A DNA stretch of 64,000 nucleotides from an uncultured delta proteobacterium (GTDB taxonomy: Bacteria > Myxococcota_A > Polyangia > Haliangiales > Haliangiaceae): positions 64,001-128,000 of the forward strand of contig CAVUQH010000004.1 in NCBI GenBank assembly GCA_963743525.1. The letters run 5' to 3'. Made by a program: the position numbers and the translations under genes. The notes under the pieces are model-generated. The model saw only the letters and a program-made list of their open reading frames with translations. It was not told the origin of the DNA and searched no databases. Below are positions 31,579 to 46,083 of this stretch, in pieces; the first letter of the stretch is position 1; every line of letters starts with the position of its first letter.

Positions 31579-33285
31579 CTAGCGCGACCGTCGCCGGTAG
31601 CGGGTCGCCCGGCCGACGCCGAGGCGCTCGACGTGGCCGTCGGCGACCAGCGCGCGCAAGGCGACGTTGAGCGCCGGGCGACTGACGTCGAGCCGGGACA
31701 GCAGCTCGCGCGGCGCCAGCGGCTCGGCATCGGCGCGAATGCACTGCAGCACGCGCTCGCGCACCGAGCTGGCTCCCTCGCCGCTGACGCCCGCGGCCCG
31801 ATCGGCCCGCGGCGGCTCGAGCACGCGGACGTCAACGGTCCGGCTGATGGACAGCAGCCCATCCTGAACCTCGAGCATCGCACCGGTGCCGGACGCGCAT
31901 TCGTCGAGCCAGCTGCGCAGTCGGTGCAGGGTGACGTGGATCTTGCCCTCGTGGCGGATCGGATCGTACGGCGCGCCCCACACCTCGGAGAACAGCTCTG
32001 GCAGTGGCAAGGCGAAGCCTGGACGCGCCAGCAGCACCTCCAGGGTGCGGCGCAACACCGGCCGCTCGGCCAGCGAGTACGGACCGTGGCCGCGAATGTG
32101 CAGGGTACCGACGACGCGGTTCCAGAACAGGTCGGCGCCGACCGCGGTGACCGGCGGTGTCCACACCCGCGCCAGCGGCAGCTCGCCGGCGCCGTGGCGC
32201 GAGCGCTCGACCAGGCGCACGTCACCGGCGCTGGCGAAACCGCGCGCGACCAGCTCGTCGATCAGTGCCAGGCGGCGGGAGAAATGAAGGATGGGGCAGC
32301 GCCGCACGACCCGGCGCAACTCGGACAGGGCGGCGGGAAAGTCGTCGGGACCGGCAGCCAGGGCCATGCGCAGGCGCACGAAGCTGGTCATCACCGAGTG
32401 TCCGCTGTCCTCCCAGAACGGCAGCGCGCGGGCGCCCGCGCGGCGGGCAGCGGGGAGATTCTCGGCCAGGATCGACACCTCGAGGGTGGCGACGTCGCGA
32501 AACGCCTCGAGCGGACCACGGGCGTTTCGCCGCCGCCGCGGCCAGGTAGCGGCCAGCGCCCGAGCACCGCGCAGGTTGCCGGCGCGCGCCCTCCCGGAGA
32601 CCACGTTGGCCTCCGTGTAGGCGCGGGCGATGCCGAGATCGTGCTCGATGCAGACCGCCAGCGCTTCCTCGACCAGCGCCTCCTCCTCGGCGTAGCGCTG
32701 CTGGAACGACGCCACGCCGCCCTCGGTGCGCAGCACGAACTGGCGAGCGTTGGGGTTGGGATGGGGGTGACGTCGCTTCCAGTCGGCGATGATCTCCTCG
32801 GCCTGGGCGAACTGATCCATCAGCGACAGCGCCCAGACGGCGTGGAACAAGCCGTGGGCCAGCTCGTCGTCGTCGAGGAACCAGCCGTGCGCGCGCGACA
32901 GCTCGATCGCCGCCCGCAGCTCGCCGCGAAACAGCGAGTTGACGACGTCGAGCGCGGCCACCTGCGGATCGGTGGCGCCCAGCTCGCGCAGGTGCGCCGC
33001 GGCCGCGCCGGGCGCCACGTTGACGCAGTAGATGACCTCCGCGTGGCGCAGCGCAGGGCTGTCCACGCCGGCGTGACGCCAGCGGCGGAGCAGCGCCCGC
33101 GCTTCGTGAGAGAAGCCGAGCCCGGCCCACACCAGCGCGTGCTCGATCATCAGCGCCAGCTGCCACGGCTGCGGCGTGCGCTCGCGGGCGACCCGCTCGA
33201 ACACCCGCGCCGCGGTGGCGTAGGCGCCGGCCGCGCCGGGGTCGGCGCACACGCCGGCGAACGCGTCGGTCAGCTCACGCTCCAC
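31579..33285 (-). CDS. Transcriptional regulator with helical sensor region and two C-terminal winged-helix domains
   Basis: OmpR-type ELFSEVWGAPY..IHVTLHRLRSWL, then a second HTH LAPRELLSRLDVSRPALNVALRALVADGHVERLGVGRATRY. Confidence 0.72.
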   Translation of the reverse strand: MERELTDAFAGVCADPGAAGAYATAARVFERVARERTPQPWQLALMIEHALVWAGLGFSHEARALLRRWRHAGVDSPALRHAEVIYCVNVAPGAAAAHLRELGATDPQVAALDVVNSLFRGELRAAIELSRAHGWFLDDDELAHGLFHAVWALSLMDQFAQAEEIIADWKRRHPHPNPNARQFVLRTEGGVASFQQRYAEEEALVEEALAVCIEHDLGIARAYTEANVVSGRARAGNLRGARALAATWPRRRRNARGPLEAFRDVATLEVSILAENLPAARRAGARALPFWEDSGHSVMTSFVRLRMALAAGPDDFPAALSELRRVVRRCPILHFSRRLALIDELVARGFASAGDVRLVERSRHGAGELPLARVWTPPVTAVGADLFWNRVVGTLHIRGHGPYSLAERPVLRRTLEVLLARPGFALPLPELFSEVWGAPYDPIRHEGKIHVTLHRLRSWLDECASGTGAMLEVQDGLLSISRTVDVRVLEPPRADRAAGVSGEGASSVRERVLQCIRADAEPLAPRELLSRLDVSRPALNVALRALVADGHVERLGVGRATRYRRRSR

Positions 33286-33363
33286 TTTCCTTATCTAACA
33301 TGAAAGGTAAAGAAATGGAGAGTAACTCGTCCAGCGACGGCACCGGAGCGCATCGTCGGCGCC

Positions 33364-34455
33364 ATGTACCGCACGTGGATCCCGCTGCTCACCGGCACCA
33401 GCCTGCTGTTCACTGGCTGCGCGCCCGATCTATCCGGTGACCGACAGGAGGTAATCGGCGGCAACCCGACGCCGGCCGGCGCCTACCCGGCGACCGGCGC
33501 GCTGATCCTCCACGGCGGAACCAACGGAACGCCGGCGCAGTACGTGGACTGCACCGGCACACTGGTCGCCCCCGATCTGGTCGTGACCGCGGCGCACTGC
33601 GTGCACTCGTCGCTGACCATGAACCAGACGCCGAGCTTCACCCTGGCGCTCGACGGCATGAACGCACCCACCGCCGAGATTCACGCCGGCGCCACGGCCA
33701 TCCCCTACCCGACCTTCAATCCCCAGCACCAGCCGTCGACCAGCGTCGGCGACGAGCACGACATCGGTGTGCTGGTGTTGGCCGACCCGATCTACGGCGT
33801 CGACTACGCCCGCCTGCCGCGCATGGGCGAGACCGCCGGCATCAGCACCGGCGCCGAGGTCGAGATCGTCGGCTACGGCTTTACCGTCGAGAGCGACCTC
33901 AACCACTACGGGGTCAAGAACAACGCCACCACCCACCTCACCGACATCGGCACCCACGAGATCGGCGTGGCCAGCCCGGGTGAGCCGCAGAACTGCCAGG
34001 GTGACTCCGGCGGGCCGGCCATGCTCGACGGCAGCGGCGGCATGCGCATCATCAGCGTGGTGTCGCGCGGCACCACCACCGATGCCAGCAACTGCAGCCA
34101 GGGCGGCATCCACACCCGCATCGATCCGTACCTGGAATGGATCGACCAGCAGGTCGACGACATCCCGTGCGGCAGCGGACTGTCGGCCGACTGCCCCCAG
34201 CAGCCCGACGCCGGCACCACCGGCAACGGCACGCCAGACGCCGGCTCCGGTGGCGGCAACGGCGGACCAGATGCCGGCCCCGGCGGTGGCAGCTCGACCG
34301 ACGGCGGAGACGGCCATGGCGGCGGCGCCAACTGCGGCGGCGACCAGGCCGGCGGCTGCGCCATCGGCGGCGGCGGGTCGTCGAGCGGCGCGCCGTTCAC
34401 CCTGCTCTTGCTCGCCGGAATCGCCCTGGCCTGCCGGCGACGGCGCCGGGCGTGA
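33364..34455 (+). CDS. Trypsin-like S1 serine protease, lipoprotein with MYXO-CTERM tail
   Basis: Lipobox LFTGC; VIGG; CTGTLV..VTAAHC, HDIG, CQGDSGGP triad; GGCAIG..LLLLAGIALACRRRRRA. Confidence 0.93.
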   Translation: MYRTWIPLLTGTSLLFTGCAPDLSGDRQEVIGGNPTPAGAYPATGALILHGGTNGTPAQYVDCTGTLVAPDLVVTAAHCVHSSLTMNQTPSFTLALDGMNAPTAEIHAGATAIPYPTFNPQHQPSTSVGDEHDIGVLVLADPIYGVDYARLPRMGETAGISTGAEVEIVGYGFTVESDLNHYGVKNNATTHLTDIGTHEIGVASPGEPQNCQGDSGGPAMLDGSGGMRIISVVSRGTTTDASNCSQGGIHTRIDPYLEWIDQQVDDIPCGSGLSADCPQQPDAGTTGNGTPDAGSGGGNGGPDAGPGGGSSTDGGDGHGGGANCGGDQAGGCAIGGGGSSSGAPFTLLLLAGIALACRRRRRA

Positions 34456-34456
34456 A

Positions 34457-36253
34457 TCAGAACCAGTCCGGGAGCATACGCTCGTAGGCGTCGTCGTTGT
34501 CGCGGCAGCGCTCGGCGAGCAGGCCGATGCGCGGCACTTCGGTGGCGAACCAGTATTGCGCCGTCGCCAGCTGGCCGCGGTAGAAGTCCCCGTCGGCGTC
34601 GCTCCGTCCGAGCCCGGCGCGTGCGGCAGTCGCGCGCCGCAGCCACAACCAGGCAACGACCGCCGTGCCCAGCATGTCGAGGTAGTCGGCGCTGTGGCGG
34701 AGCATCGCCGCGGGGTCGCCGAGTGCACCCACGGCCTGCGTGGCGCCGGCGATCTGGCCCAGTGCCGCCGGCAGCGCATCGCACCAGGCCGCGTCCACCC
34801 CGGCAGCGCGCGCGCGGGCGATCGACTCGCCGACGACCTCGCCCAGCGCGGCCAGCGCGGCACCGCGCGTGCCCAGCACCTTGCGACCGAGGAGATCCAG
34901 GCTCTGGATGCCGGTGGTTCCCTCGTGGATGCTGTTGAGCTTCTGATCGCGCAACCACGCCTCGGGCAGGTACTCGCTGGAATAGCCGTAGCCGCCGTGC
35001 ACCTGCAGCGCCAGGGCATTGGACTCGAACCCCTTCTCCGCGGGGAACGACTTGGCGATCGGCGTCAGCAGATCGAGCAAGAGCTGGGCCCGGCTGCGCT
35101 CGGCCTCGGTTTCCGCATGCGCGGCCAGATCGGCGTACTGCGCCGTTGCCACGACCACCGATAGCGCGCCCTCGACGATCGCCTTCTGCCGCAACAGCAT
35201 GCGCCGCACGTCGGCGTGATCGATGATCGGAACCTGCGGCGCCGCCGGGTCCTTGTTTCCCAGCGGGCGCCCCTGCGGCCGCGTCCGCGCGTACTCGACC
35301 GACTCGTGGTAGGCGACCGACGCCGTGGACACGCCGTTGGCGCCGACCATGATGCGCGCCTCGTTCATCATCTGGAACATGTGGGCGAGCCCGCGATTGG
35401 GCTCCCCGACCAGCCAGCCGTGGCAGTCGCCGTTTTCGCCGTAGCTCATGGCCATGCTCGGAAGCCCGCGCCAGCCGATCTTGTGGATCAGACCAGCGGC
35501 GTGGACATCGTTGTCAACCAGGCCGCCGGCCTCCGGGCGCCGCTTGGGCACCGCGAACAGCGAGATGCCGCGCGAGCCTTCGGGGGCGCCGTCGATGCGC
35601 GCCAGCGTCAGGTGGACGATGTTCTCCGCCAGGTCGTGCTCGCCGCCAGAGATGAAGATCTTGTTGCCGCGAATCAGGAAGTGGCCATCGTCGGTCGGGG
35701 TCGCCGTGGTGACGATGTCGGCCAGGCTGCTGCCGGCCTGCGGCTCGGTCAGCGCCATCGTGCCGGTCCAGCGACCGTCGTACATCGGCGCCATGAAGGC
35801 TCGCTGAAGCTCCTCGTCGCCGAACGCCTCGATCAGATGTGCCGCCCCGAGCGTCAGCCCGACGTAGCCGTAGGCGCTGAGGTTGGCGGCCATCAGGTAG
35901 GTCGTCGCCACGGTGAAGACTGCCATCGGCAGCTCCTGACCGCCGACCGCCTCGGGCCGCGACGCGGTGAGCAGGCCCAGGTCAACGATGCCGCGGTAGA
36001 GCTGCTTCAGCTGCGGATGGACGCGCACCTCGCCATCGGCGAGTGCGGGCGGGTTGGCATCAATCTCGCGATACGACGGGTACAGCTTGCTGCGCGCGAA
36101 CCGCCGCGTCGCCTGCAGCACCATGCCGAACGTCTCTCGCGAGTGCTCGGCGAACGCCGGCAGCGCACACAACGCCTCGACGTCGAGCACCTCGTACAGC
36201 AAGAAGTCGACGTCGCGGTCGCTGATGAGCGGATTGGCTGCCGGGGTCGCCAT
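34457..36253 (-). CDS. Acyl-CoA dehydrogenase
   Basis: [58 protein letters not shown]. Start at ATG 36253. Confidence 0.93.
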   Translation of the reverse strand: MATPAANPLISDRDVDFLLYEVLDVEALCALPAFAEHSRETFGMVLQATRRFARSKLYPSYREIDANPPALADGEVRVHPQLKQLYRGIVDLGLLTASRPEAVGGQELPMAVFTVATTYLMAANLSAYGYVGLTLGAAHLIEAFGDEELQRAFMAPMYDGRWTGTMALTEPQAGSSLADIVTTATPTDDGHFLIRGNKIFISGGEHDLAENIVHLTLARIDGAPEGSRGISLFAVPKRRPEAGGLVDNDVHAAGLIHKIGWRGLPSMAMSYGENGDCHGWLVGEPNRGLAHMFQMMNEARIMVGANGVSTASVAYHESVEYARTRPQGRPLGNKDPAAPQVPIIDHADVRRMLLRQKAIVEGALSVVVATAQYADLAAHAETEAERSRAQLLLDLLTPIAKSFPAEKGFESNALALQVHGGYGYSSEYLPEAWLRDQKLNSIHEGTTGIQSLDLLGRKVLGTRGAALAALGEVVGESIARARAAGVDAAWCDALPAALGQIAGATQAVGALGDPAAMLRHSADYLDMLGTAVVAWLWLRRATAARAGLGRSDADGDFYRGQLATAQYWFATEVPRIGLLAERCRDNDDAYERMLPDWF

Positions 36254-36263
36254 GCCCCGGACT

Positions 36264-37352
36264 CTAACAGGGGACTGGCGGCAGGGTGACCTCGAGCAGC
36301 TCGAGGTCGGCGGAGCCGTCGTCGAAGGTGCACGGCGAATCCGCGGGCAGGACGACGGAATCCCCGGCGCGGAGCTGCTGGGCCTCGTGCCCGGCACGGC
36401 GCAGCGTGACCTCTCCCGCGAGCAGGAACAGGAACAACAGCTCGGCGTCGTGACGCAACGTCACCGGGGAAGGCGCCGATGCGACGCGAGCGACACGCGC
36501 CGCAGCGACGCCGCCGGTCGCCGCCTCCATGCCCAGGTCGCGCGCTTCGAACCCGGGCGCGCGCCACGGCGTCCATTCGGCGTCCGCCGCCTGGTGCCTG
36601 ACGAACCGCTGGCCGCCGAAGTCGCGGTCCGGCAGCAGCGAGCCGGTCGGCAGCGTCATCTCGTGGTCGGCCCAGGTCTCGTGGTCGGCGGGCGAGCCGA
36701 GCTCGATCACCTCGAGCCCCGGGGAGCACTCCAGCACCCGGTGGCGAATCTGCGGCGGCTGCAGCACGCAGTCGCCGGCGTGCAAGACGAACGGCGGGCC
36801 CTGGTCCTCGTACACCACCCGCACCCAACCGCGGTAGCAGTAGATCATCTGGAAGCGGATCTTGTGGAAGTGCTCGTAGTCGGGCACCGGGCCGCCGTCC
36901 GGGATCTGGATGTGCGAGGCGATGAAGCGGCCGCCCTGCCGATCGGGAATCAGGTCGCGATAGCGCATGCCGGCGCGCCCCTCGCCCCAGCGAGCGTCCG
37001 CCGCGCGGCTGAGCACGAACGACGGGCGGAGCGGCGGAAGCACCAGCGGCGGCTCGGCCTCGACCAATTCGACGCGCGTGCCGTTGGGCGCCGTCAGCTC
37101 GGTCGTGCCGCCGCCGACCACCGCCGGCTCACTGCAGAGCAGCCGCAGCACCCCCGGCGCGCCCGCGGCGCCGCGCTGCAGCCGCAGCCGCAGCCCGTGG
37201 CCTGAAACCACCGCCACCGTCGGATCGTCCGCCGGGATGATGGTGTCGACGCGGAATCCGAGCCGCTCGGTGAAGAAGCGCAGCGTGTCGTTGATCTCGC
37301 CGCAGGGCAGGACCACCTCCGCGGCGCGAATCGGGGCGTCGGCGCTCATCAT
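36264..37352 (-). CDS. VOC/glyoxalase-like domain plus bicupin protein
   Basis: [66 protein letters not shown]; second cupin at the C-terminus. Confidence 0.8.
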   Translation of the reverse strand: MMSADAPIRAAEVVLPCGEINDTLRFFTERLGFRVDTIIPADDPTVAVVSGHGLRLRLQRGAAGAPGVLRLLCSEPAVVGGGTTELTAPNGTRVELVEAEPPLVLPPLRPSFVLSRAADARWGEGRAGMRYRDLIPDRQGGRFIASHIQIPDGGPVPDYEHFHKIRFQMIYCYRGWVRVVYEDQGPPFVLHAGDCVLQPPQIRHRVLECSPGLEVIELGSPADHETWADHEMTLPTGSLLPDRDFGGQRFVRHQAADAEWTPWRAPGFEARDLGMEAATGGVAAARVARVASAPSPVTLRHDAELLFLFLLAGEVTLRRAGHEAQQLRAGDSVVLPADSPCTFDDGSADLELLEVTLPPVPC

Positions 37353-37397
37353 GCCCCCGCAGCCTAGGCGAACCCGAGCCGCCGAAGATAGTCCCGG

Positions 37398-37751
37398 CTA
37401 CGTCTCTTCCTCTTGCGGCACCTCACATAGATCGGAGCGGATGATGAACCGCACCCCTTCGGGGGCCTCCAGCGAGAAGCCGGAGCCGCGGCCGGGGACG
37501 ACGTCCAGGGTCAGGCGGGTGTGTTTCCACCGCTCGTACTGGTCGCCGCCGATGTAGAACGGCGTGCCTTCGACTTCGCCGAGCAGGACGTCGCGGGCGC
37601 CGATGCGCAGCTCGCCGGCCTGGTAGCACATGGGGGCGCTGCCGTCGCAGCAGCCGCCCGACTGATGGAACATGAGCGGGCCGTGGCGCGCCGTGAGCTC
37701 ACGGATCAGTCGGGCGGCGCTGTCGGTCGCGCTGACGAGGGGAGTCGTCAC
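37398..37751 (-). CDS. DUF779 family protein
   Basis: HGPLMFHQSGGCCDGSAPMCY..GRGSGFSLEAPEGVRF; typical position downstream of aldB/exaC. Confidence 0.9.
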   Translation of the reverse strand: MTTPLVSATDSAARLIRELTARHGPLMFHQSGGCCDGSAPMCYQAGELRIGARDVLLGEVEGTPFYIGGDQYERWKHTRLTLDVVPGRGSGFSLEAPEGVRFIIRSDLCEVPQEEET

Positions 37752-37758
37752 GCCTCTC

Positions 37759-39279
<1,521 letters not shown>

Positions 39280-39318
39280 GCGCCTCTCCTTGCAGTTGTA
39301 GTTGCGCCCGGTTCCTTC

Positions 39319-39333
39319 GCATGTGCCGTACCA
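39319..39333 (-). promoter_or_regulatory. Sigma54 promoter for the aldehyde dehydrogenase operon
   Basis: Minus-strand TGGTACGGCACATGC (GG-N10-GC) about 40 nt upstream of the ATG, next to a divergent sigma54 activator. Confidence 0.75.
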
Positions 39334-39471
39334 GCCGCCGGCCCACGCAAGATCGACCGCTTGCGGCCGGCCCCGGCGCGATGTGCAACGGACGGGTGTA
39401 GCGATTCGAGTCAGTGTGAGATCCCCGTGGTGAGGAACCTTCGCTCTTGCTAGCCTCACCTCGGGCTCGTC

Positions 39472-41469
<1,998 letters not shown>

Positions 41470-41475
41470 TCGCGC

Positions 41476-43507
41476 TCAGCCGCACGGCTCGAGGCGGAGC
41501 CACTGCAGGCGCATGCTGGCGGGCATGCTGACGTAGAAGTCCCACGCCAGGTCGGCGCCGCGCTGGCAGCTGCCCATGACCCGGCCCGAGAGGATGTCGC
41601 GGAGCTGATAGCGGCGGTCCGGGTCCAGGCCGATGGCGTCGGTGACGTAGGTCGGCAGGTAGAAGTCCTGGGCAACGTCGCGGTACCAGAGGTTGTGAAA
41701 GGTGAAGACGACGTTGCCGTCGTCCGACCAGGCGACGCGGGCGAAGATGCGGCTGTCGGCGTCGCCGGTCCAGCGGCTGCGCAGGAAGACGCCGTGTTGG
41801 GCGCGCAGCGCGCGGTTGGCCGGGTCGAGGCGGGCCTCGATCATGTCGTGATAGAAGCCGGTCAGGGCGTCGGCGTCGCCGCGCTGCTCGGCCATGCCGT
41901 CGAAGCGGCTGCGCAGGATGTCGGACTTGCGGAACTGCAGGCGCTCGGGCTCGCCGCGCTCCTGGCCCATCAGCAGCATCGGCGTCGACCAGGTGGTGGC
42001 GCCGATGCCCCAAAAGCCGGCGCCGGTCCACGGATCGAAGCCGGTGCCCTGGACCAGGCGCTCCTCGTCGTGGGTCTCGAGCGCGGTCATCACGTAGGTG
42101 CGCCCGTCGAAGCGCTCGCGGTTGCCGACCACCCACTCGACGTGGGCGGTGTCCTTGGTGACGCCGTCGCGGCCGGCCATGTCGCGCAGATAGCCCTCGG
42201 TCATGACGTCGGCGACGTGGCTCATGCCGCCCTGGTCGTGGAACTCTTCGGCCAGGAAGACCGGCCGATCCTGGCCGCGCAGCCAGGCGTAGTAGTCGAC
42301 CTTGGACAGGATGTAGTCCCACTCGTTGGGGCCCAGGCCGCTGAAGTAGTCAGTGGTGTGGTCCAGGCGGAAGCCGTTGACGCCGCGCGACACCCAGTAG
42401 TTGAGGATGCGGAACAGGTATTCGCGCTCGCGCGCCAGCTCGTGCTGGTGCCAGTTACCCTTCCTGGTGGAACAGGAATTTGACGTCCGGCCACCAGCTG
42501 GCGAACAGGTCACCGATACCGGTCGCCGGGTCCCAGGCGTCGCCGCCCAGGTAGAAACCGGGTGCACCGAACTCGAGGTAGCCGGGGTCGCAGGGAAACT
42601 GGTCGCGCTCCCAATCCAGGGCGACGCGCCACATGTTGAAAGCGCGGACCAGCGCATCTCCGCCGAGCGACGGGCAACGCGCGCGCAAGGCGTCGAGCTC
42701 GGGCGAATTCGGTAGCGCGTCGGGGGTGTCGAGCAACGCCGGGTGTACGAGCTGGTCGTCGCGGGTGGCGGCGAAGTCCCACAGCCGGCCCAGATCCTCG
42801 CCGCGGGCGATGCGCTCGCGCACCGGGTCGAACGCGACGTAGTCGTACATCAGATAGTTGTGGCCCAGGTGATTGAAGGCGACGTCGAGCAGCACCTTCA
42901 TGCCGCGACCGTGGGCCGCGGCGATCACCCGCTCGAGGGCGCCGTTGCCCCAGCACGGCTGCTCGGAGTATTCGTCGCGGCCGGCGGCGATGCAGGCGTC
43001 GTCGAGGGTTCCGCGCACGTGCACGTAGTCGCGGACGGCGTACGGTGAGCCCAGGTTGTCGCAGCCGTCGGGGACGCCCCACCGATCGTTGTTGGGAAAG
43101 ACCGGCATCAACCACAAGGCGTTGGCGCCGACCTTCTCGTCAACATAGCGCACGGTGATGCCGGCGCGGTAGTCGGCGCTGTCCTGCAGCAGGTCGTCCA
43201 GCGTGCCCAGCTTGATGCTCTCGAGCCAACCCAGGTCGCCGCAGCTGCCGTTGTCGACGCGGTAACGAATCGCCGGCGCCACCTTGGCGGCGCACTGCGC
43301 GCGCTGCCAGTCGGCACCGAGGTCGGGTTGACAGGCATTGGCCGTGCGCACCTGGATCTCGTACAGCACCATGTCGCCGGCGGCGCCGTTGAGCTGGTTG
43401 TACTCGTCGGTCGGAAGCTCGTAGTGCCGCGAACGCAACCCGGGCGGATCGTCCGAGGCGCAGGCGGCTAGCAGGGTCGCGCCGACCAACAGGGCAGCAG
43501 TCTTCAT
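41476..43507 (-). CDS. GH13 alpha-amylase-family lipoprotein, interrupted by a +1 frameshift at 42458-42460
   Basis: Lipobox LLAAC; LWLMPVF, GSPYAVRDY, LLDVAFNH in the first ORF; GFRLDH, FLAEEF, ETHDEER in the second. Removing one G gives FLFHQEGNWHQHE. Confidence 0.85.
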
Positions 43508-43519
43508 GACCGCCGTCGC

Positions 43520-43535
43520 AGCAACCGGCGTGCCC
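43520..43535 (-). promoter_or_regulatory. Sigma54 promoter candidate
   Basis: Minus-strand GGGCACGCCGGTTGCT, close to the TGGCACGnnnnTTGCW consensus, 12 nt before ATG 43507. Confidence 0.65.
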
Positions 43536-43653
43536 GAACCATGTTCGCCCGTGCAGCGACTGCCTCGGGCGAATCGCGCTGACTACCGACGGCACCGGGC
43601 GGGTGCAACTGGCGCCTCGACCTTCCGGCCAGTTGCGTTCGGCAACGCCCGGC

Positions 43654-45844
43654 TCAGCTGGCGGCGGCGACCGAGGGCGACAGGCTCTGGGCGATGCTGG
43701 CCGCGTGCACGCTGGCGCCGAGGCAGGCCGCGTACTCGGGCGGCACGCCGGACAGCACCGGGACGTGCAGGCGATCGCGCAGCATCTGGCGCACCAGCGG
43801 GATATACGCCGTTCCGCCGGACAGGCAGATCGCCGACAGCCGCACCGGGGCGACACCGGCTCGACGCAGGCCCTGGGCCACGGTCTCGAGCGAGCGCTCG
43901 ACCAGCGGCGTCCACAGACGCTCGCAGGTGTGGCGGTCGAGGCGGATGCGCAGATCTTGCTCGCCGGCGGCCGTGCGCAGCGCAGCCGGAATCGCCAACA
44001 CGGCGTGCTCTTCGACCGCCGACAGCCGCCGCTTGGTGCGCTCGCAGGCGAACAACAACCGCTGCCACTCGACAGCGCGCGTTCGCAGGTCGATGCCGTG
44101 GCGGCGCCAGATTCTGATTGGCCACGGCGTTGGCGATCGCCGAGTCGAAGTCGTCGCCGCCGAGCCAGCTGTCGCCGGAGGTGGCGAGCACCCGCACGTC
44201 GCCGGCCGAGGTGTTGACGACCGAGAAGTCGAAGGTACCGCCGCCGAAGTCGTAGACGCCGACCAGCCCCTGGAAGCGCGGGTCGCGGCGGTTGGCCATG
44301 GCTGCCGCGGTCGGCTCGTCGATGACCGAGATGACCTGCAGCCGGGCCAGCTCCGCGGCGCGGCGCAACGACGCCAGGCGCTGCGAGTCGAAGCTGACCG
44401 GCACCGTCAAGACGACCTTCTCGACCGCCTGCCCCAGATGCGATTCGGCGGTCTCGCGCGCGGCGCGCAAGACCATGCCGGCGATCTGCGCGACCGCGTA
44501 CTGGTCGCCCCACATCTCGACCGACACGCCGCCGTCGGGCGCTTGCGAGGTTCGGTAGGGAGCCTGTCCGATCAGCCCCTGGATGTTGCGATCGCGGAAC
44601 GGCACGCCGACCAGGCGCTTGACCGACGCGATCGTGTGGGTCGGATCGGTGGGAAGACGCTTGCGCGCGGCCTCCCCGACCAGGGTCTCGTGGGCGGTGG
44701 GAAACGCCACCACAGACGGCGCCGACACCGCGCCATCGGACCAGGGAATCAACCGCACCTTGCCGCCCATGGCCACCGAGATCGACGAGTTGGTGGTGCC
44801 GAAGTCGATGCCCAGCACGATCGGCACCGCCTGGTGGCTGCCGGTGCCACGGGCCAGCCGTGGCTTCTGCGGTACCGCTTCCTTTTCCGTCTCCGACGGG
44901 TGCGCGATCGGCAGCTCGGCCGAACGCCGCGCTGCATCGAGGATACGAGTGAAGCGCTCGTCCTCGACCGGGTCGAGCTCGATGCCCAGCCCCGGGCGCC
45001 GGCCGCTGCGCCACGCGAGCTCGGGCGTGCGACTGGTGGCGACGCGTCCGGTCAACATCAGGGGCTCGCCGCGCTTGATGGCAATGCTCGCCTGGATGCG
45101 ATCGCCGCGGGTCGCCGACTCGGTGGTGACCACGAACAGCCCGCGCTCGCTGATGTCCTGCGTGACCAGCTGGACCGGCCCCGCCCACGACGAGCACTGC
45201 AGCTGCATCTTGATGGGGAACGCGTAGCGGTCACAAATGCGCCGCCGCGGCCCGGCTGGACCGACCGACCGCGCCACCATCTTTTGCACCGTCTCGGCGG
45301 CGTTCTCGAAGATGTGCGACAGCAACGCGCCGTACGAGCCGAGCTTCTTGCCGTAGTAGCGGTCCGGGTGGAACTCCTTGGACAGCTGGTAGTAGGCGCG
45401 CTTCAGCTCGCGACGGGTGGAGTCGGTGCGGATGCCGAGGAGCTCGTGGTAGTCGCCCCGCTGCAGCATTCGCGCAGCGCCGAGGATGCGGCGCCGCTCC
45501 CACGGCTCGAGCTCGACCTCTTCTTCGAGCAGCTTGCGCTCGGCGTCGGTGATCTGACCGAGCTCGCTGGGGTCAACGATTTCGAAGTCGTCGTCCGGCA
45601 ACGCATCGCCCAACCCGACGGCGTTCAGCAGCAACAGCTGACGAAGGAACGCCACCGCCTGGTCGCGCCCGAGCGTGCTCTTTTGAATGAGCTCGCCGAC
45701 CGACGTGCGCTCGCCGATGCGGTTCCACAGCTCGTAGTGCCCCGGGCCCAGGCCTGCATGTCGACGCGGCTCGAACGCGGGATTGCGCACCACCTGCTTC
45801 GACAGGTCGCCGATGCCCTCGATATGGTCAGCCGGCAGAGGCAC
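43654..45844 (-). CDS. J-domain + PilZ + Hsp70 nucleotide-binding-domain fusion, interrupted by a +1 frameshift at 44112-44113
   Basis: YHELLGI..LKRAYYQLSKEFHPD; RICDR and DISERG; GIDFGTTNS, SVKRL, IDEPTAAA, YDFGGGTFD, LGGDDFD. After removing one A: ACERTKRRLS, LSGGTAYIP, AACLGA, stop at 43654. Start is GTG 45844 or 45883. Confidence 0.85.
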
Positions 45845-46012
45845 TATTCGATCAAAGTAACACACCGAGATTGCTGCTGACACGCCCGTTTTCTCTGACG
45901 CGAGCCGGCACGTCGAAAGGACACTCAGGTGTTAAGACAGCTCACCGTTTCCGAGGCGAGGAGTACCCCGCCCGCGACTGCTGCGAATGGGGAAGAATTC
46001 GCGACTCGGTTC

Positions 46013-46048
46013 AACGAAACCGTCCTGGCTCGAGATGAGCCAGGACGG
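46013..46048 (-). terminator. Intrinsic terminator
   Basis: Perfect 12-bp stem CCGTCCTGGCTC / GAGCCAGGACGG with a 5-nt loop, followed on the minus strand by TTTCGTT, 35 nt after the stop at 46084. Confidence 0.75.
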
Positions 46049-46083
46049 ATCAGTCGGTCTCCTTCGGACGGCCCGAGGCGGGC

